Virus record (IMG/VR): IMGVR_UViG_3300044621_002455
From: an uncultured virus (IMG/VR IMGVR_UViG_3300044621_002455)
Lineage: Duplodnaviria; Heunggongvirae; Uroviricota; Caudoviricetes
Length of the DNA stretch: 64,000 nt
Strand: one strand, 5' to 3'
Shown: positions 35,364-45,972 of the stretch, piece after piece
Layout: the number at the start of each line of letters is the position of its first letter
Numbering within the stretch: position 1 is the stretch's first letter
Notes under the pieces: generated by a model
What the model was told of the DNA's origin: nothing
The model's input: the letters and a program-made list of their open reading frames with translations, nothing else
Database searches by the model: none
Made by a program: the position numbers and the translations under genes

Positions 35364-38300
35364 TAGCGAATACCAATGCTAGAGCGAGTGGAAGGGCTTT
35401 GTTTAATTTTATCGAGGGTCATTGACATGCCTCGTTGAGCACCACCAGCAATGGAAGCACGGCGAGTTTCTGCCATTGCTTGCTCTAATTGTTCGCGGCT
35501 AACGTATTCTACGCCATTGATCTTAGTGGTTTCAAAGTTCATGCTGAGAGAAGGCGTCTGAGGCATGCCTGGAGCGCCATTGCCCATCATGTCGCGAGCA
35601 GAACGTCCACCAAGCTGCACTGGAATGGAGCGGCCATCAGGGAGGGGCACAACGGCTTCGTTGTACTTGCCTTCGCCTATAAGGCTAAGCGTGGGGCCTG
35701 TGACAATGCCGCCATTAGCGAATGCAGGTGGCGCGAACGGCATGGAGCCTGGCGCTCCACCTCCTCCAAGGCCTCCTGCATATTGACGAATTCCAGGAAG
35801 GCTGTCCGAAATACCGCCTCCGCTGCCGGCTGGATTACCTCCTCCGCCAAGACCGGCAAACAGTTTTGCAATGCCAATGGCGATGTAAGTGGCAATCATT
35901 TGCGAAGCCGCCTGAGACAATGCTTGCCCCACGCTTTGCAAGAAGCTTGCAAACACTTCCTTGGCAGTGGCAGTGCCAGTAATCATGCTTGTAATGCCTT
36001 CAGTAAGCATATTGGCAAAGGCTCCACTCACGCCATTGATTGCTCCTTGAATACTCTCAAAAACAGCTCTGAGCTGCATAGCAGCAGTTTCCACATTGGC
36101 AAGTTGCGTGGCATAATCAGTGTCGCCGTATTGAGCCATCGCTTGCTCGAAAACATTAGCCGCCTCTCCAGTGAAGCCAGCTCTTAGTCCTCCGCCAATA
36201 GTACCAAGTCGAGTGCGAGCCTCTTGAAGGTTTTGGCTTTTTTCAAGCGTTTCTTTTAATGCTTTTTCCTGCTCAACCAACGCTTGCACCGCCTCTGCTT
36301 GCTCTCTAGTTTTTGCAATAAACGGAGCAATAATTTCTAGCTGTTCCCGAGAAAGGCCAATTGTTTCTCGCTTAATTGCATTTTCAAGCTTTTCAATTTC
36401 AGAAAGATTGTCTTGCCCTGCAGCAAGTGCCGCAATACTGTCCTGCAAATCTGCTGTTTTTGTTTCGTAATTTTCAGAGCGGCCAATCAAGTCACCAAGA
36501 AGTTTCTTGCGATATTCCGCTGTCACATTTTCTCTTGCAACCACTGCGGCATTTTGCATTGATGCTTGAGCTGCCCCACGCTGGCCTTCCTTGTATTCGC
36601 CAAGCGTTTTAATGGCAGCTTGATACTGAGCCTCGACAATATCAAGCCCAATGCTATATTCAAGCTCGGCTTTTGCGAGCTCTTTTTGAGACGTTGTGAG
36701 ATCAGTTTGCACGTCGATAAGATTTTTCTGCAGCGTCAATTGCTCGCGCAAACGTGCAGCTTCATCCTCTGCGAAATCTTTGAGTTCCTTCCCTTTCTTT
36801 TCCTTTGGCGCTTTACCACCGGCAGCATCTAAACTCATTCCAGCGCCTGGTCCGCCAAATACAAAGTCTCCACCAGCGGGAGAGGCGGCGGCATCAAGAG
36901 CAGCTTGTCCGCCAGCAGCAGCAAATTGGGCCTGTAGTTGCTGTCTTCTTGTTTCAAGACCACTTTGAGCCGCGCCACGGCGCCTTCCGCCGCCTCCTGC
37001 CGCAATTTGTGCATTAACGCGATCAAGCTCAGCTTTAATTTCGGCAACGCCCACCATGCCAAGCAAGCGCCTGATTTCGCGAATTGCGCCACTAAATGCC
37101 TTCATAATCGCAGTGCTAATATCCACTGCAATTTTCACAATCCCACCAACAATACGCGCAAATTCAGTGACAAACGTGGCCCAATCCTTTAAATATTGCC
37201 CGATAAATTCTTTATTTTGATTTACCCAACCAGTAAAGCCTTGAATAGTGTCAGTAAAGAAATCTTGGAAAATGGCGCCCGCTGGACCCAGTGCTGACCC
37301 AATGGCAAGCTGCATATCCGCCATGGCCTTCTCAAGACGCCTGCCGGCAAATTCGGGACCAGTGGCCAGACGTTCTGCAAACTTCGCATAATCTTCGTAG
37401 TTCTTTTTGGCAAATTCAACAAAATCTCCAACTGTTACTTTACCTTGCTCAAGATTTGACTGAAGCTCGTCAAAGCTCATCTTGTTTGCTTGAGCAAACT
37501 TAACCACAGCTCCAGGGAATCGCTCGCCAAGTTGGCCACGCAGTTCTTCCGCCTGCACACTTCCCTTGCTAAAGATTTGCACCACAGCACGCATGGCTCC
37601 ATCTACGTCTTGCAAGGAGCCGCCAGTAGAAGACACTGCTAAAACAACGCCTTCAAGAATTTGCTGTGTATCTTTAACGGTCAAATTATATTGCTTAGTA
37701 TTCACTCGCAATTGAGTGAACTGACGATACACTTGTTCAATGGGAACCACGAGAGTGTCACTGCTTTCCCTAATGGCTTGCTGCGCTTCAGCAAAATCCT
37801 TTGCATCAATAGAAGCCAACGCAAGGCCACGCTGAAGCTGGGCAATGGTTGCGGCGCCCTGCGTGACGCTTGCCATCATTGCTCCAATATTGTCTGTGAG
37901 CTGACCAATGGCAGCGCCAGTGAATGCTCCTGGCACGCCTCCCATTAGACCACCAGCAATACCTCCAACTGCACTGCCAACACCGCCCCCAAGCCCTCCT
38001 CCATAGAGAAACGCGCCACCCGCAGCCCCCATACGCTGACCAGTGGTCAGGGGACGGCGAGTTTGTTTTTCAATGGATTGCTCGGTTTTTACAATTTCTC
38101 GATTGGCATTCTTCCATTCCGTCGCACTAGGCGCAATCTCGCGAGCGCGATTACGAAGAATTGTTAATTTTGCCTCCAAGGCATTGAGGCTTCCCGGTTC
38201 AAATGCACCAAGACTTTCGCGCATTTGCACATTTTCGGCAAGCCTATCAGCAGCTTGCAAGTCAACTTTTAGCCTGCCAATTTGCCTCTGTAGATTAATC

Positions 38301-38722
38301 CATGGCTCAGTATTAGGCGCAATTTGACTTGCCTCGATGCGGGCAGCCTCCAATTGCTTGGTGAGGCGCGTGGCACTACCAATGTCAAATGCCTCTGCCT
38401 GCGCACCAAGCTGAATGGCACGAGCTTGCATTCCTCCGCGTTCACGCATGCCCTGCGCAACGCCAATACCAGTGGCCTGTTGCTGAAAACGCCTGCTACC
38501 AATTTGCATGCCCGCCAGCTTGCGCTGCATCGCAGCAATTTGCTTGTCTAGCTGTCTAAATGTTGAATCAATGCTTGTACGAAGCCTTGTCGTGTCAAGC
38601 TCCAGCGTAATCTTATTCTGTTTTCCTTTCTTTGTTACCCCAGTAATTGCTTGGTTTACTTTTTGGATTTCATCTGCAATGCGCGAAGCATTAGTAGAAA
38701 AATCAATGGTATAGCGTGCCAT
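35363..38722 (-). CDS. tape measure protein
   Basis: 1119 aa, helical and Ala/Gly-rich; tape-measure block QIFSKGSVQAEELRGQLGERFPGA; FANGGIV.GPT...GE C-terminal motif. Confidence 0.92.
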   Translation of the reverse strand: MARYTIDFSTNASRIADEIQKVNQAITGVTKKGKQNKITLELDTTRLRTSIDSTFRQLDKQIAAMQRKLAGMQIGSRRFQQQATGIGVAQGMRERGGMQARAIQLGAQAEAFDIGSATRLTKQLEAARIEASQIAPNTEPWINLQRQIGRLKVDLQAADRLAENVQMRESLGAFEPGSLNALEAKLTILRNRAREIAPSATEWKNANREIVKTEQSIEKQTRRPLTTGQRMGAAGGAFLYGGGLGGGVGSAVGGIAGGLMGGVPGAFTGAAIGQLTDNIGAMMASVTQGAATIAQLQRGLALASIDAKDFAEAQQAIRESSDTLVVPIEQVYRQFTQLRVNTKQYNLTVKDTQQILEGVVLAVSSTGGSLQDVDGAMRAVVQIFSKGSVQAEELRGQLGERFPGAVVKFAQANKMSFDELQSNLEQGKVTVGDFVEFAKKNYEDYAKFAERLATGPEFAGRRLEKAMADMQLAIGSALGPAGAIFQDFFTDTIQGFTGWVNQNKEFIGQYLKDWATFVTEFARIVGGIVKIAVDISTAIMKAFSGAIREIRRLLGMVGVAEIKAELDRVNAQIAAGGGGRRRGAAQSGLETRRQQLQAQFAAAGGQAALDAAASPAGGDFVFGGPGAGMSLDAAGGKAPKEKKGKELKDFAEDEAARLREQLTLQKNLIDVQTDLTTSQKELAKAELEYSIGLDIVEAQYQAAIKTLGEYKEGQRGAAQASMQNAAVVARENVTAEYRKKLLGDLIGRSENYETKTADLQDSIAALAAGQDNLSEIEKLENAIKRETIGLSREQLEIIAPFIAKTREQAEAVQALVEQEKALKETLEKSQNLQEARTRLGTIGGGLRAGFTGEAANVFEQAMAQYGDTDYATQLANVETAAMQLRAVFESIQGAINGVSGAFANMLTEGITSMITGTATAKEVFASFLQSVGQALSQAASQMIATYIAIGIAKLFAGLGGGGNPAGSGGGISDSLPGIRQYAGGLGGGGAPGSMPFAPPAFANGGIVTGPTLSLIGEGKYNEAVVPLPDGRSIPVQLGGRSARDMMGNGAPGMPQTPSLSMNFETTKINGVEYVSREQLEQAMAETRRASIAGGAQRGMSMTLDKIKQSPSTRSSIGIR

Positions 38723-38724
38723 TA

Positions 38725-39237
38725 TTAGCGACCTCCTTTCTTGATCACGGTATCAATTACACTGTCAATCTCATCAAGCGTGGGCTCTGTCCATGGGCGA
38801 GCGGGATAGGCTCCGCCTGCTTTTGTTCTGCCGCCATCGTGGACAAGCTCTGCCGCGTCATCCTCCCAAGTAAACTCAGTGATGGAGCTATTGATTGGAT
38901 CTCGCCTCTTGCTCTGAAGCAGTGCGCCAGTGTCAATAATGTCCCGAGGTGAACCCACAATTTCCCCGTTCTTTCTTCTCGTTTGCTTGTCAGTCCATTC
39001 CCATTTTGCACTTGCCATTTGCTGGTCAAAATCTTTGTCGGCCCAATCCATTGACAGCTCAAACGTGCGTTGACATACTCCACGAAGAGTAACAAGTTTA
39101 TTCACTTCATCTTCTCTGACTTGTACGCCAACAGCGCGTCTTACTTGCCTTGTCGTCTGAACAAGAGCATCCAGCATTTGACCAATCTTGTTGTCCACGT
39201 CTAGCGCATTGCTTTCAAAGCGAAGCTGATAGGCCAT
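38725..39237 (-). CDS. tail completion / neck protein
   Basis: PRDIIDTGALLQS...VHDGG...PARPWT motif. Confidence 0.65.
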   Translation of the reverse strand: MAYQLRFESNALDVDNKIGQMLDALVQTTRQVRRAVGVQVREDEVNKLVTLRGVCQRTFELSMDWADKDFDQQMASAKWEWTDKQTRRKNGEIVGSPRDIIDTGALLQSKRRDPINSSITEFTWEDDAAELVHDGGRTKAGGAYPARPWTEPTLDEIDSVIDTVIKKGGR

Positions 39238-39275
39238 TTTAACAACGCTCTAGATGCTATCAACAATCTAACATT

Positions 39276-40198
39276 TCAACGCAATTCAGCGCCTATCATC
39301 CCCACAATGGCTGGGGGCAGTTTTTCGTTCTTCAACGCCCATTGCAAAGCTTCTTTCGTGCTTTGCTTGATTGATTCCGCTCCATCATCAAGCTCAAACG
39401 GCAAAAATTGATCAAGCTTCGTCCTGTTTCCCTTGCCTCCTAATGCACCACAAACTACCATCGCCAGCTTGGCAGTAGAAACGCTAGAAGCATTCGTCCT
39501 CCTCTGCATTGTTTCGTAATAATGCTTCAACACATCCGCCAACAGCTTCACTGGAAGCCTTGAGAAATTAGCGGCTTGAAACAATGGATCGGAAAGCTGA
39601 AGGCTTGTCAATTGACAAAACACTTCCGTCCAATCCGTGGCATTATCTAAAGCATGCTCGGCTTGCCCCGCAAGCCGCTCTATTAGTTTTTTGCTTCTCC
39701 CTCTTCCTGCTCAGCAGTTTCCTCAACGCCCTTATCCTCTGCTGCCATAAAAGCCTCAGTTAGATCAAGAAGTTCCTTCGGCAGCATCTTCGTATCTTCC
39801 ATGGACCAATCGTCAGTGGCAGTCCATTTCTTGCCTTGTAGCACTTCCCCTCGATTCTTAAAGAAAATAGTAATTAGCTCGCCAAACTGCTCGCGAGGAG
39901 AAGGCAATGATGCCATCAACGAAATGGCTTCTTCCGAATATTCTTGCAATACGCTCTGCCCATCACCACCATTCTGCAGCAATGCAAAAGCCTCTTCTTC
40001 GTCAATGCCTTTCTCTTGGGCAATTTTCTTGGCCAATGCAATGGCACGCAGTGTAAACTGCGCCCGTTTTTGCCCTTGCTCTTCTCGTGTCCAAGCTTCT
40101 TCCGCTAGCCAGCTTCCATACTTACGCAGCCGTAGGCAATTGCCAATCTCTTCATATTCCGCATTGCTCAAAAGGAAAATGTTGGAATACTTGCTCAT
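39276..40198 (-). CDS. tail assembly chaperones G / GT via -1 programmed frameshift
   Basis: ORF 39683-40198 ends GCA AAA AAC TAA (slippery A-AAA-AAC at 39686-39692); an 8-bp hairpin follows 8 nt downstream (39659-39677); the -1 frame is open into ORF 39276-39623. Confidence 0.85.
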
Positions 40199-40206
40199 AA
40201 CAGTCT

Positions 40207-40832
40207 CTATTGCAACGGAAGTCTAGCATTGAGAATTCTCAGTGGCACTCCATTGCTAATTGCCTTAAATGGCAAGCTCACTTCTAGCTCTTCCTTTCCA
40301 AAATTAAGAACAATGGAAGACGGGCAATTTGCAAGAAAACAAGCCAAGCCCGCTTTTACAAATAGATCATCCTTGCTTGCGTCAAACAGCCAAACCCTCT
40401 CGCATTTGCTCTTAACCAGCTTCATGAGCGAGGATACACATTTAGGAGTTCCGTGTCTGGAATTCTAATGCGATACTGGCCATAAACAACGTCAGTTTCA
40501 GGGCGGAACGAAAACTGCGCATCGGGAAACCTCCTTGCCATGCGCTCTGCCGCTTGTGCCAATGCAGAGGAATTCGTGGTGTAATCAATGAGCACCACTG
40601 TCCATTGCTTATTATTTTGCACTTTTCCTACCATTGCTCTCGGGCTAACGGAAGCAAATTCTTCAATGGTCACTTCCAGCCCTTTCACCTTCCATTCACT
40701 GGGCACACTTTGCCTGCCCACAACATACACTGCGGGAAGAGTGGAATTGCTTGGCAGTGTATAAGTGCCAATCAGATTAGGCGATGCAGAAAGCAGCTCA
40801 GTAATAGTCTCGCGCAGTTGAGAAATGTTCAT
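40207..40832 (-). CDS. hypothetical protein (40207-40425) and tail terminator-like protein (40422-40832)
   Basis: Position next to the major tail gene. Confidence 0.6.
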
Positions 40833-40882
40833 TAAAAAGCCCGTCCCCGTAGGGACAGGCTAGCGAAGATTCAATGGAAGGA

Positions 40883-41461
40883 TCAGGAATTAGGAGCGCT
40901 CGGGATGAGACTACCAGTATTCTCAGCATTCTGGTGAATACCGATGCGACCACGGCTGGTCAGATCGAAAGTCACTTCCACGAGGTTATCAGCAGGATAG
41001 CTCTCGTTGTAGTTCATCACGCAAGCAACAAATGCCACGCGGTCATAGTAGTAAGTGTTGCCCGAAGCACCCAGTTGCTTATTGATTTCCACGTACACTT
41101 CGTGGTTCTTGTCGTAACGACTAGCGCTAACTGCTTGGAAAGCTTCGTCAAAGCTGTTGGGCAGGAAAACGGTGCCATCAACGTCCTTCTGGAAATAAGA
41201 CGTGATGGAAGCAGTGGCTTGGCTGGTAACAATCACGCTATCAGCGAAACCGCCGCCACCCAGCAGGTAGAACTCTTGGTTGCCGTCGTTGAAGGCAACA
41301 GAAGCAGTGGTGGCCGCCTGCAGAGTGTAGAGAGTCGGAGCGCCGCTCACAGTAAAAGTGGCGCCAGATTGGGTGATGACGGGACGAGCAGTGCCAGCAA
41401 TAGAGCCCACGCGGACAATCACGTCCTGGCTCTTCACTAGCTCAGTGGGATGGTAGAGCAT
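40883..41461 (-). CDS. major tail protein
   Basis: 192 aa, beta-rich, high-expression codon usage, upstream of the chaperones; start reassigned to ATG 41461. Confidence 0.75.
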   Translation of the reverse strand: MLYHPTELVKSQDVIVRVGSIAGTARPVITQSGATFTVSGAPTLYTLQAATTASVAFNDGNQEFYLLGGGGFADSVIVTSQATASITSYFQKDVDGTVFLPNSFDEAFQAVSASRYDKNHEVYVEINKQLGASGNTYYYDRVAFVACVMNYNESYPADNLVEVTFDLTSRGRIGIHQNAENTGSLIPSAPNS

Positions 41462-41489
41462 GAGAAATTCCTCAATGGAAAGAAGAGAG

Positions 41490-42576
41490 TTAAGCGTTGT
41501 CCACGCTTCCTTTGCCAATCAGTCTAAAAATACCCCTGATTGGCGTGCCCAAGAACTGCCAATAGTGAATAGCAATTTCTTCGTTGGGCAACAATTCAAA
41601 ACGCCCCTCTCTTCCATTGATTGTCGCTAAAGCAGAATCACCAGGCGTCACACCAGACAGTGCCAAAGGTGACGTAAGTCGCCCTTCCATATACACTGCC
41701 GTTTGATCCGCACCGAGAAGATAATCAAAACGGGGATCGCGCTTTTGCCTCAACGAGGCATAATGCACAACCCCCGTTGCGACGGGCACATAATTACCAG
41801 TTTCGCTGTCAAGCGCATAGCCTGAAGCCACGTGAAACACCAAGGTGGCATTAGCAAGTGGCTCCAGAAAGTTGCTCACACGACAAACCCAACAGAAGAA
41901 AGAGGAAGATTGTTAGTCATCCGTTTGAACTCTTGGCCATATTGCGTGGCCTCGAGTCCTTCACCATAAACCTTGCCGTCAGTGGCACCAATTTGAATGC
42001 CCATTTGAGCAAGTTGAATGGCAATGATATGAGCAGCAAGGAACTTTACAGCCCTATCAGTTTGATCCCCGAACACATCGCTAGAAGCATCGTAAGAAGC
42101 TTCTGAAATGGCGCCATTGACGATGCCAGATGGATGTGGACTGAATTCAGGAAAGCGCTCAAGAAAGCTTGCATAGGTGACTGCCATAATCAGGCCTTCC
42201 CAATACGAATGGCTTCAATGCGCTTTGCGATGGCATTCCTCACGCGGACGCGCCCTTCAATTTTCTTCCAATCACCCAGACGATCTGGATCATGGATGAG
42301 TTCAATGGCACGAATGGCTTGCGTGAGAGGAAGTTCGCTAAGGCTTTGAACATTTTCAGGCAGGTCTTCTACCATCACTTGTTCTTTCATTTCTTCAATG
42401 GCGCCAATAGCAAGAAGCTTCTTGACCGTACCATTTTCCTTCGCTTCCTTCCATTTCTCATCAGGAATTTCCTGATTAAGACCAGGCGTCAGTTGAATGA
42501 GCCCGCTCTTGGTAATAATGCCAAACCCTGCATCACGAGGGGGATTTTCAAGTTCGGGACGATAAGCAATCAGCAT
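41490..42576 (-). CDS. head-tail connector genes (41490-41879 head closure; 41876-42187 DUF4054-like adaptor; 42190-42576 hypothetical)
   Basis: Adaptor motif F.ERFPEF...A...LAAH...T.YGQEF. Confidence 0.7.
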
Positions 42577-42632
42577 TGTTCAAGAAAAACAATTGCTAAT
42601 AGCTTAACGCCCCTCTTCTTGATTAACTATCC

Positions 42633-43541
42633 TCAGGCAGATGCCTGCACGTAGATCATGCTCTTGGGATAGTACAGAGCAACACCACCAACGCGAGCAT
42701 GGGCAGGAACGATGAATTCCAGACCGCGCTGTTGAGGGGGGAACAGCTCAAGAGGCTGAGGGATGTGCAGTTGCACTTTCTCAGGATCACGCTTGTACAC
42801 AACCATACGGTCAGTGTTCAGCACGCTGTTGTCGGCTTCCAACTGGTTGATGGGCTCAACGTTACGGATGTAGGGGTTGGTACGCAGGAAATACTCAAGC
42901 ACGGTCACGTCCGAGCTGTCGGAGTTGCGAGTGGTGCTGATCTTGTTGTAATCCGCGTAGGACAGCAGAATGGTATCGGGCTGTTCCTTCATCTTGGAGC
43001 CGTTGATGATGGCAGTCACGCCATAGTTCAGCAGTTCCAGCATTTCCTGGGCAGTGGTGCCAGCAGTGGTGAACCACTTATCAGCAGCAACCACGTCCAC
43101 GGTGGAGTTATTGAAGAAACCAGCCAAGCCCACAGAGCTTTCGCCGAAGAAAGCAAGACTTTCCACTTTCTCTTCATAGGCACGACGCACAGCAGCAGCA
43201 CGACGCTGCTCCAGAGCGATGTTGGCCATTTGAGCAGCACGCAGTTCCTGCACGGTGTAACCGAAGCTGCCACCGAAGGAACGAATGTTGATGCTCTTCT
43301 CCACTTGGCTGATGTCAGCGCGGGGCAGATCATCAGCAGCGTCCGCAATCAGACGGAACTCACCAGTGGAGTCCATGATGCGATAGGTGAAGGTCTGGGC
43401 GCCAGGACCAGCTTCAGCAGTGACGGGCAGAACAGTGGGATATTTAATATCCGCATACTGCACTTCAAAAACTTGGGGGCGAATGTACTCAAGCTGACGC
43501 TCAAGGAACAGGCCCGCATCATCCATACGGAATTCAGACAT
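42633..43541 (-). CDS. major capsid protein (DUF2184/encapsulin-like HK97 fold)
   Basis: FLERQLEYI...DDLPRAD...FGYTVQELRAA...AFFGE..GL.GFFN...ARVGGV..YYP; start at ATG 43541. Confidence 0.9.
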   Translation of the reverse strand: MSEFRMDDAGLFLERQLEYIRPQVFEVQYADIKYPTVLPVTAEAGPGAQTFTYRIMDSTGEFRLIADAADDLPRADISQVEKSINIRSFGGSFGYTVQELRAAQMANIALEQRRAAAVRRAYEEKVESLAFFGESSVGLAGFFNNSTVDVVAADKWFTTAGTTAQEMLELLNYGVTAIINGSKMKEQPDTILLSYADYNKISTTRNSDSSDVTVLEYFLRTNPYIRNVEPINQLEADNSVLNTDRMVVYKRDPEKVQLHIPQPLELFPPQQRGLEFIVPAHARVGGVALYYPKSMIYVQASA

Positions 43542-43557
43542 TGTTAAGAGCCTCCTA

Positions 43558-44118
43558 TCAAGAATCAGCAGAGAGGGTGAAGCTCGGACCATTCAGCTCC
43601 AGAACAGCGAGACCGCTGCCAGTGGTGGAGGTGAGGAAACGAGCGTTAGCGAGGCGCACAGTTTTGCCCGATGCAAAAGCATGGGAGAACTGACCAGCCT
43701 TGCCAGTGCCACTAGCGGAATACAGCACACGCACGGGCGATGCGGGAGTAACAGCGCCGGTCACGTAGACGGCCACTGCACCTTCGTTAGCCACGTTCAT
43801 GGCTTGCTGATTCTTCACACCAGGACGGCTGTTGCTGTCGAGGGCAGTTTCATCCACGTAGGTGAGGACGTTAACGCCCAGCACAGTGTCAGAAGCGCCA
43901 GAAATGGTAGTGGCGGAATTAGCGATGGTACCAGCAGTGTTATACACAGCCAGATTACCAAAGGGAACAACAGCGCCAGTCTCGTTGACGTAGGTGCCGA
44001 TAGTGTTGTCGCGGATGTCAGACAGTTGACCTTCCAGCAGTGCAGCATGCGCGAGGCTGTAAGCCTGTTGCACGCCACCAGCGGAGGCGGTGCCCGAAGC
44101 AGAGAAAGTTACGGCCAT
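43558..44118 (-). CDS. head decoration/cement protein
   Basis: 186 aa between the protease and MCP genes, with VPFG and G.V.V motifs. Confidence 0.7.
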   Translation of the reverse strand: MAVTFSASGTASAGGVQQAYSLAHAALLEGQLSDIRDNTIGTYVNETGAVVPFGNLAVYNTAGTIANSATTISGASDTVLGVNVLTYVDETALDSNSRPGVKNQQAMNVANEGAVAVYVTGAVTPASPVRVLYSASGTGKAGQFSHAFASGKTVRLANARFLTSTTGSGLAVLELNGPSFTLSADS

Positions 44119-44120
44119 AA

Positions 44121-45314
44121 TTACTTAGCCTCCTTGGAGATGGAAAGGGGCTTCTTCCAAGCATTCTGCAGCATGTCCATGTAGGACGAAGGAGCAGAAA
44201 CGGGAGAAGCAATGGAAGCTACGGCTTTGCGCAGCTCATCAGTGGTGGCAGAATCTTTGCGACCCTCAGAGAGAGTGTCAAACATTGCTTGCACGTAGTC
44301 GTCGCTCTTCTCAGAAAGATCAAGCTCATCACCACGCACTGCCTTGATGGAATCAACCATCACTTCGCGGGCGGTTTTGCCAGCGAAAGCATAAGCTGCA
44401 TCGAGCACAGGCTTGGCTTTTTCAATGAGAGCAACGCGCTCTTCTACCATGGAATCAAGATTGATTTCCTTGGCAGCAGCGAGTTCAGCGGAAAGCTCTT
44501 CCACTTGCTCAGCCAGAGCATCAGCGCGACCCTCAGCGGAATCACACTTGCCCTTCATTTCTTTTTCCATGGCGTCCATTTCTTCCTTCATTTTGGAAGC
44601 TTCGGACATCATGCCGTCATACTTTTTCTTCATGTCCTCGTAGGACATTTTGGCGTCTTCCCGTTCTTTGGTAATCGCCAGAGCTACGCTCTCGCTCACC
44701 TCGAACTCGGCGCCATCAAAATTGACCTTAGCAGTCATAGATGGATCCTCATTATTGGGGATTAAAGATGGATCAGCGGCATCTTGGCGATCAAGATGAA
44801 GCTTCACTTGCGGGCCAGCGCGGCCACGACGAACAACAGCGATGTGATTACCAAGGATTTCCTTTTGGATGCCATCGTAATGTTCACCGCCATCAGTAAC
44901 GCCAGGCGTAGGATCATAATTAACCCTATAGCCAGCGCTTACCTCACGAGCATCGCCACGCATGATGCGCTCAATGGTGTCTTGATCAGTGATTGTCATC
45001 ACCGCCTTAACAAAACCATTGTCGTACACCACTTCAGTGCCGCTAAATCCTACTTGGTAGTCTTTAGTATTTTCGGCATCAAGAAGGACGGGAGGATGCT
45101 CAGAAGTGATTGCCTTGCCCGCAAAGGAAGCAAGACTATCGGGAGAAGCCACTTCTGTTTCAGGCCTGTATTCACGACGCACGGAGCCATCAGCATCTGT
45201 GTAGAGCTGAATGCCAGTGCGAGCAATAGAGGCCCATGCCCGAAGATAACCTTCAGGCGTCACCTCATATTTCTCAATGGGAGAGAAATCGTAGCGACAA
45301 GATGTGGTGCTCAT
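44121..45314 (-). CDS. DUF2213 prohead protease/scaffold
   Basis: TPEGYL...IARTGIQ.Y, YRP..EV...SLASF.GK.IT.EHP, EVSAGY, NHIAVV.RGRAG; coiled-coil scaffold region. Confidence 0.88.
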   Translation of the reverse strand: MSTTSCRYDFSPIEKYEVTPEGYLRAWASIARTGIQLYTDADGSVRREYRPETEVASPDSLASFAGKAITSEHPPVLLDAENTKDYQVGFSGTEVVYDNGFVKAVMTITDQDTIERIMRGDAREVSAGYRVNYDPTPGVTDGGEHYDGIQKEILGNHIAVVRRGRAGPQVKLHLDRQDAADPSLIPNNEDPSMTAKVNFDGAEFEVSESVALAITKEREDAKMSYEDMKKKYDGMMSEASKMKEEMDAMEKEMKGKCDSAEGRADALAEQVEELSAELAAAKEINLDSMVEERVALIEKAKPVLDAAYAFAGKTAREVMVDSIKAVRGDELDLSEKSDDYVQAMFDTLSEGRKDSATTDELRKAVASIASPVSAPSSYMDMLQNAWKKPLSISKEAK

Positions 45315-45376
45315 ATAATCACTTTACCAATAATTATAGTTTACAATTGAAACAGCTATTCAGGACTGAATAAAAA

Positions 45377-45661
45377 ATGTGGCTGCTTAAGAAAGGCGAC
45401 GTGGATGTGCTTAAGATGCCTCATCAGCAGGCTCGTCTTCTCATTGCTTCTCGCATTAAAGAAGCCCGCCTTAATAGCGGGCTTTCTCAAAAGGACGTAG
45501 CTCAAGCTTTGCATACAAGCCAAAGCTCTTATTCACGAATGGAACGCGCTGAGCTGGCCCCAGATTGCGTGCAAATTCGCACTCTCAGTGGTCTCTATGG
45601 AATAAGCGTATTGTGGCTTATGGGCTACCCTTCGTTTATTCTCAACACACGCCGAGATTAA
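45377..45661 (+). CDS. XRE-family HTH regulator
   Basis: RIKEARLNSGLSQKDVAQAL.TSQSSYSRMER...LSGLYGISV.WL. Confidence 0.8.
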   Translation: MWLLKKGDVDVLKMPHQQARLLIASRIKEARLNSGLSQKDVAQALHTSQSSYSRMERAELAPDCVQIRTLSGLYGISVLWLMGYPSFILNTRRD

Positions 45662-45972
45662 TCCTCGTCGTCATCGTCATCGCCGCGAATGTCTGCAAGC
45701 TGAGCCTCAATTCCCTCCATCACGTATGATTTTGCCATTGCCTCAATCTCAAACGTGAGAAACTTGGTGGGCTCAAAGTGTTCGTCAGGTTTTTCGTAAA
45801 CGCTCATCACATAGATGTGAGTTTCGTCAAGCCTGCCGTTCTTGAAGCATTGCTTCTCTACAAGCTCCCATCGCGAAGTGTTGCGATGTTCGTTGGCAGA
45901 AAGAATGGACAGAGCCTGCAGCAGACCAATGCCTTCGTCTTCTTGCTCAATGACGCGCACGTATTCGCTCAT
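45658..45972 (-). CDS. hypothetical acidic protein
   Basis: 104-aa ORF coupled to the upstream gene. Confidence 0.65.
   Translation of the reverse strand: MSEYVRVIEQEDEGIGLLQALSILSANEHRNTSRWELVEKQCFKNGRLDETHIYVMSVYEKPDEHFEPTKFLTFEIEAMAKSYVMEGIEAQLADIRGDDDDDED

Noticed and set aside
25759..45350. Long plus-strand ORFs antisense to structural genes (e.g. 25759-26445, 35489-36187, 42699-43547)
   Set aside because: Shadow frames of strongly biased minus-strand genes, with no motifs or start signals
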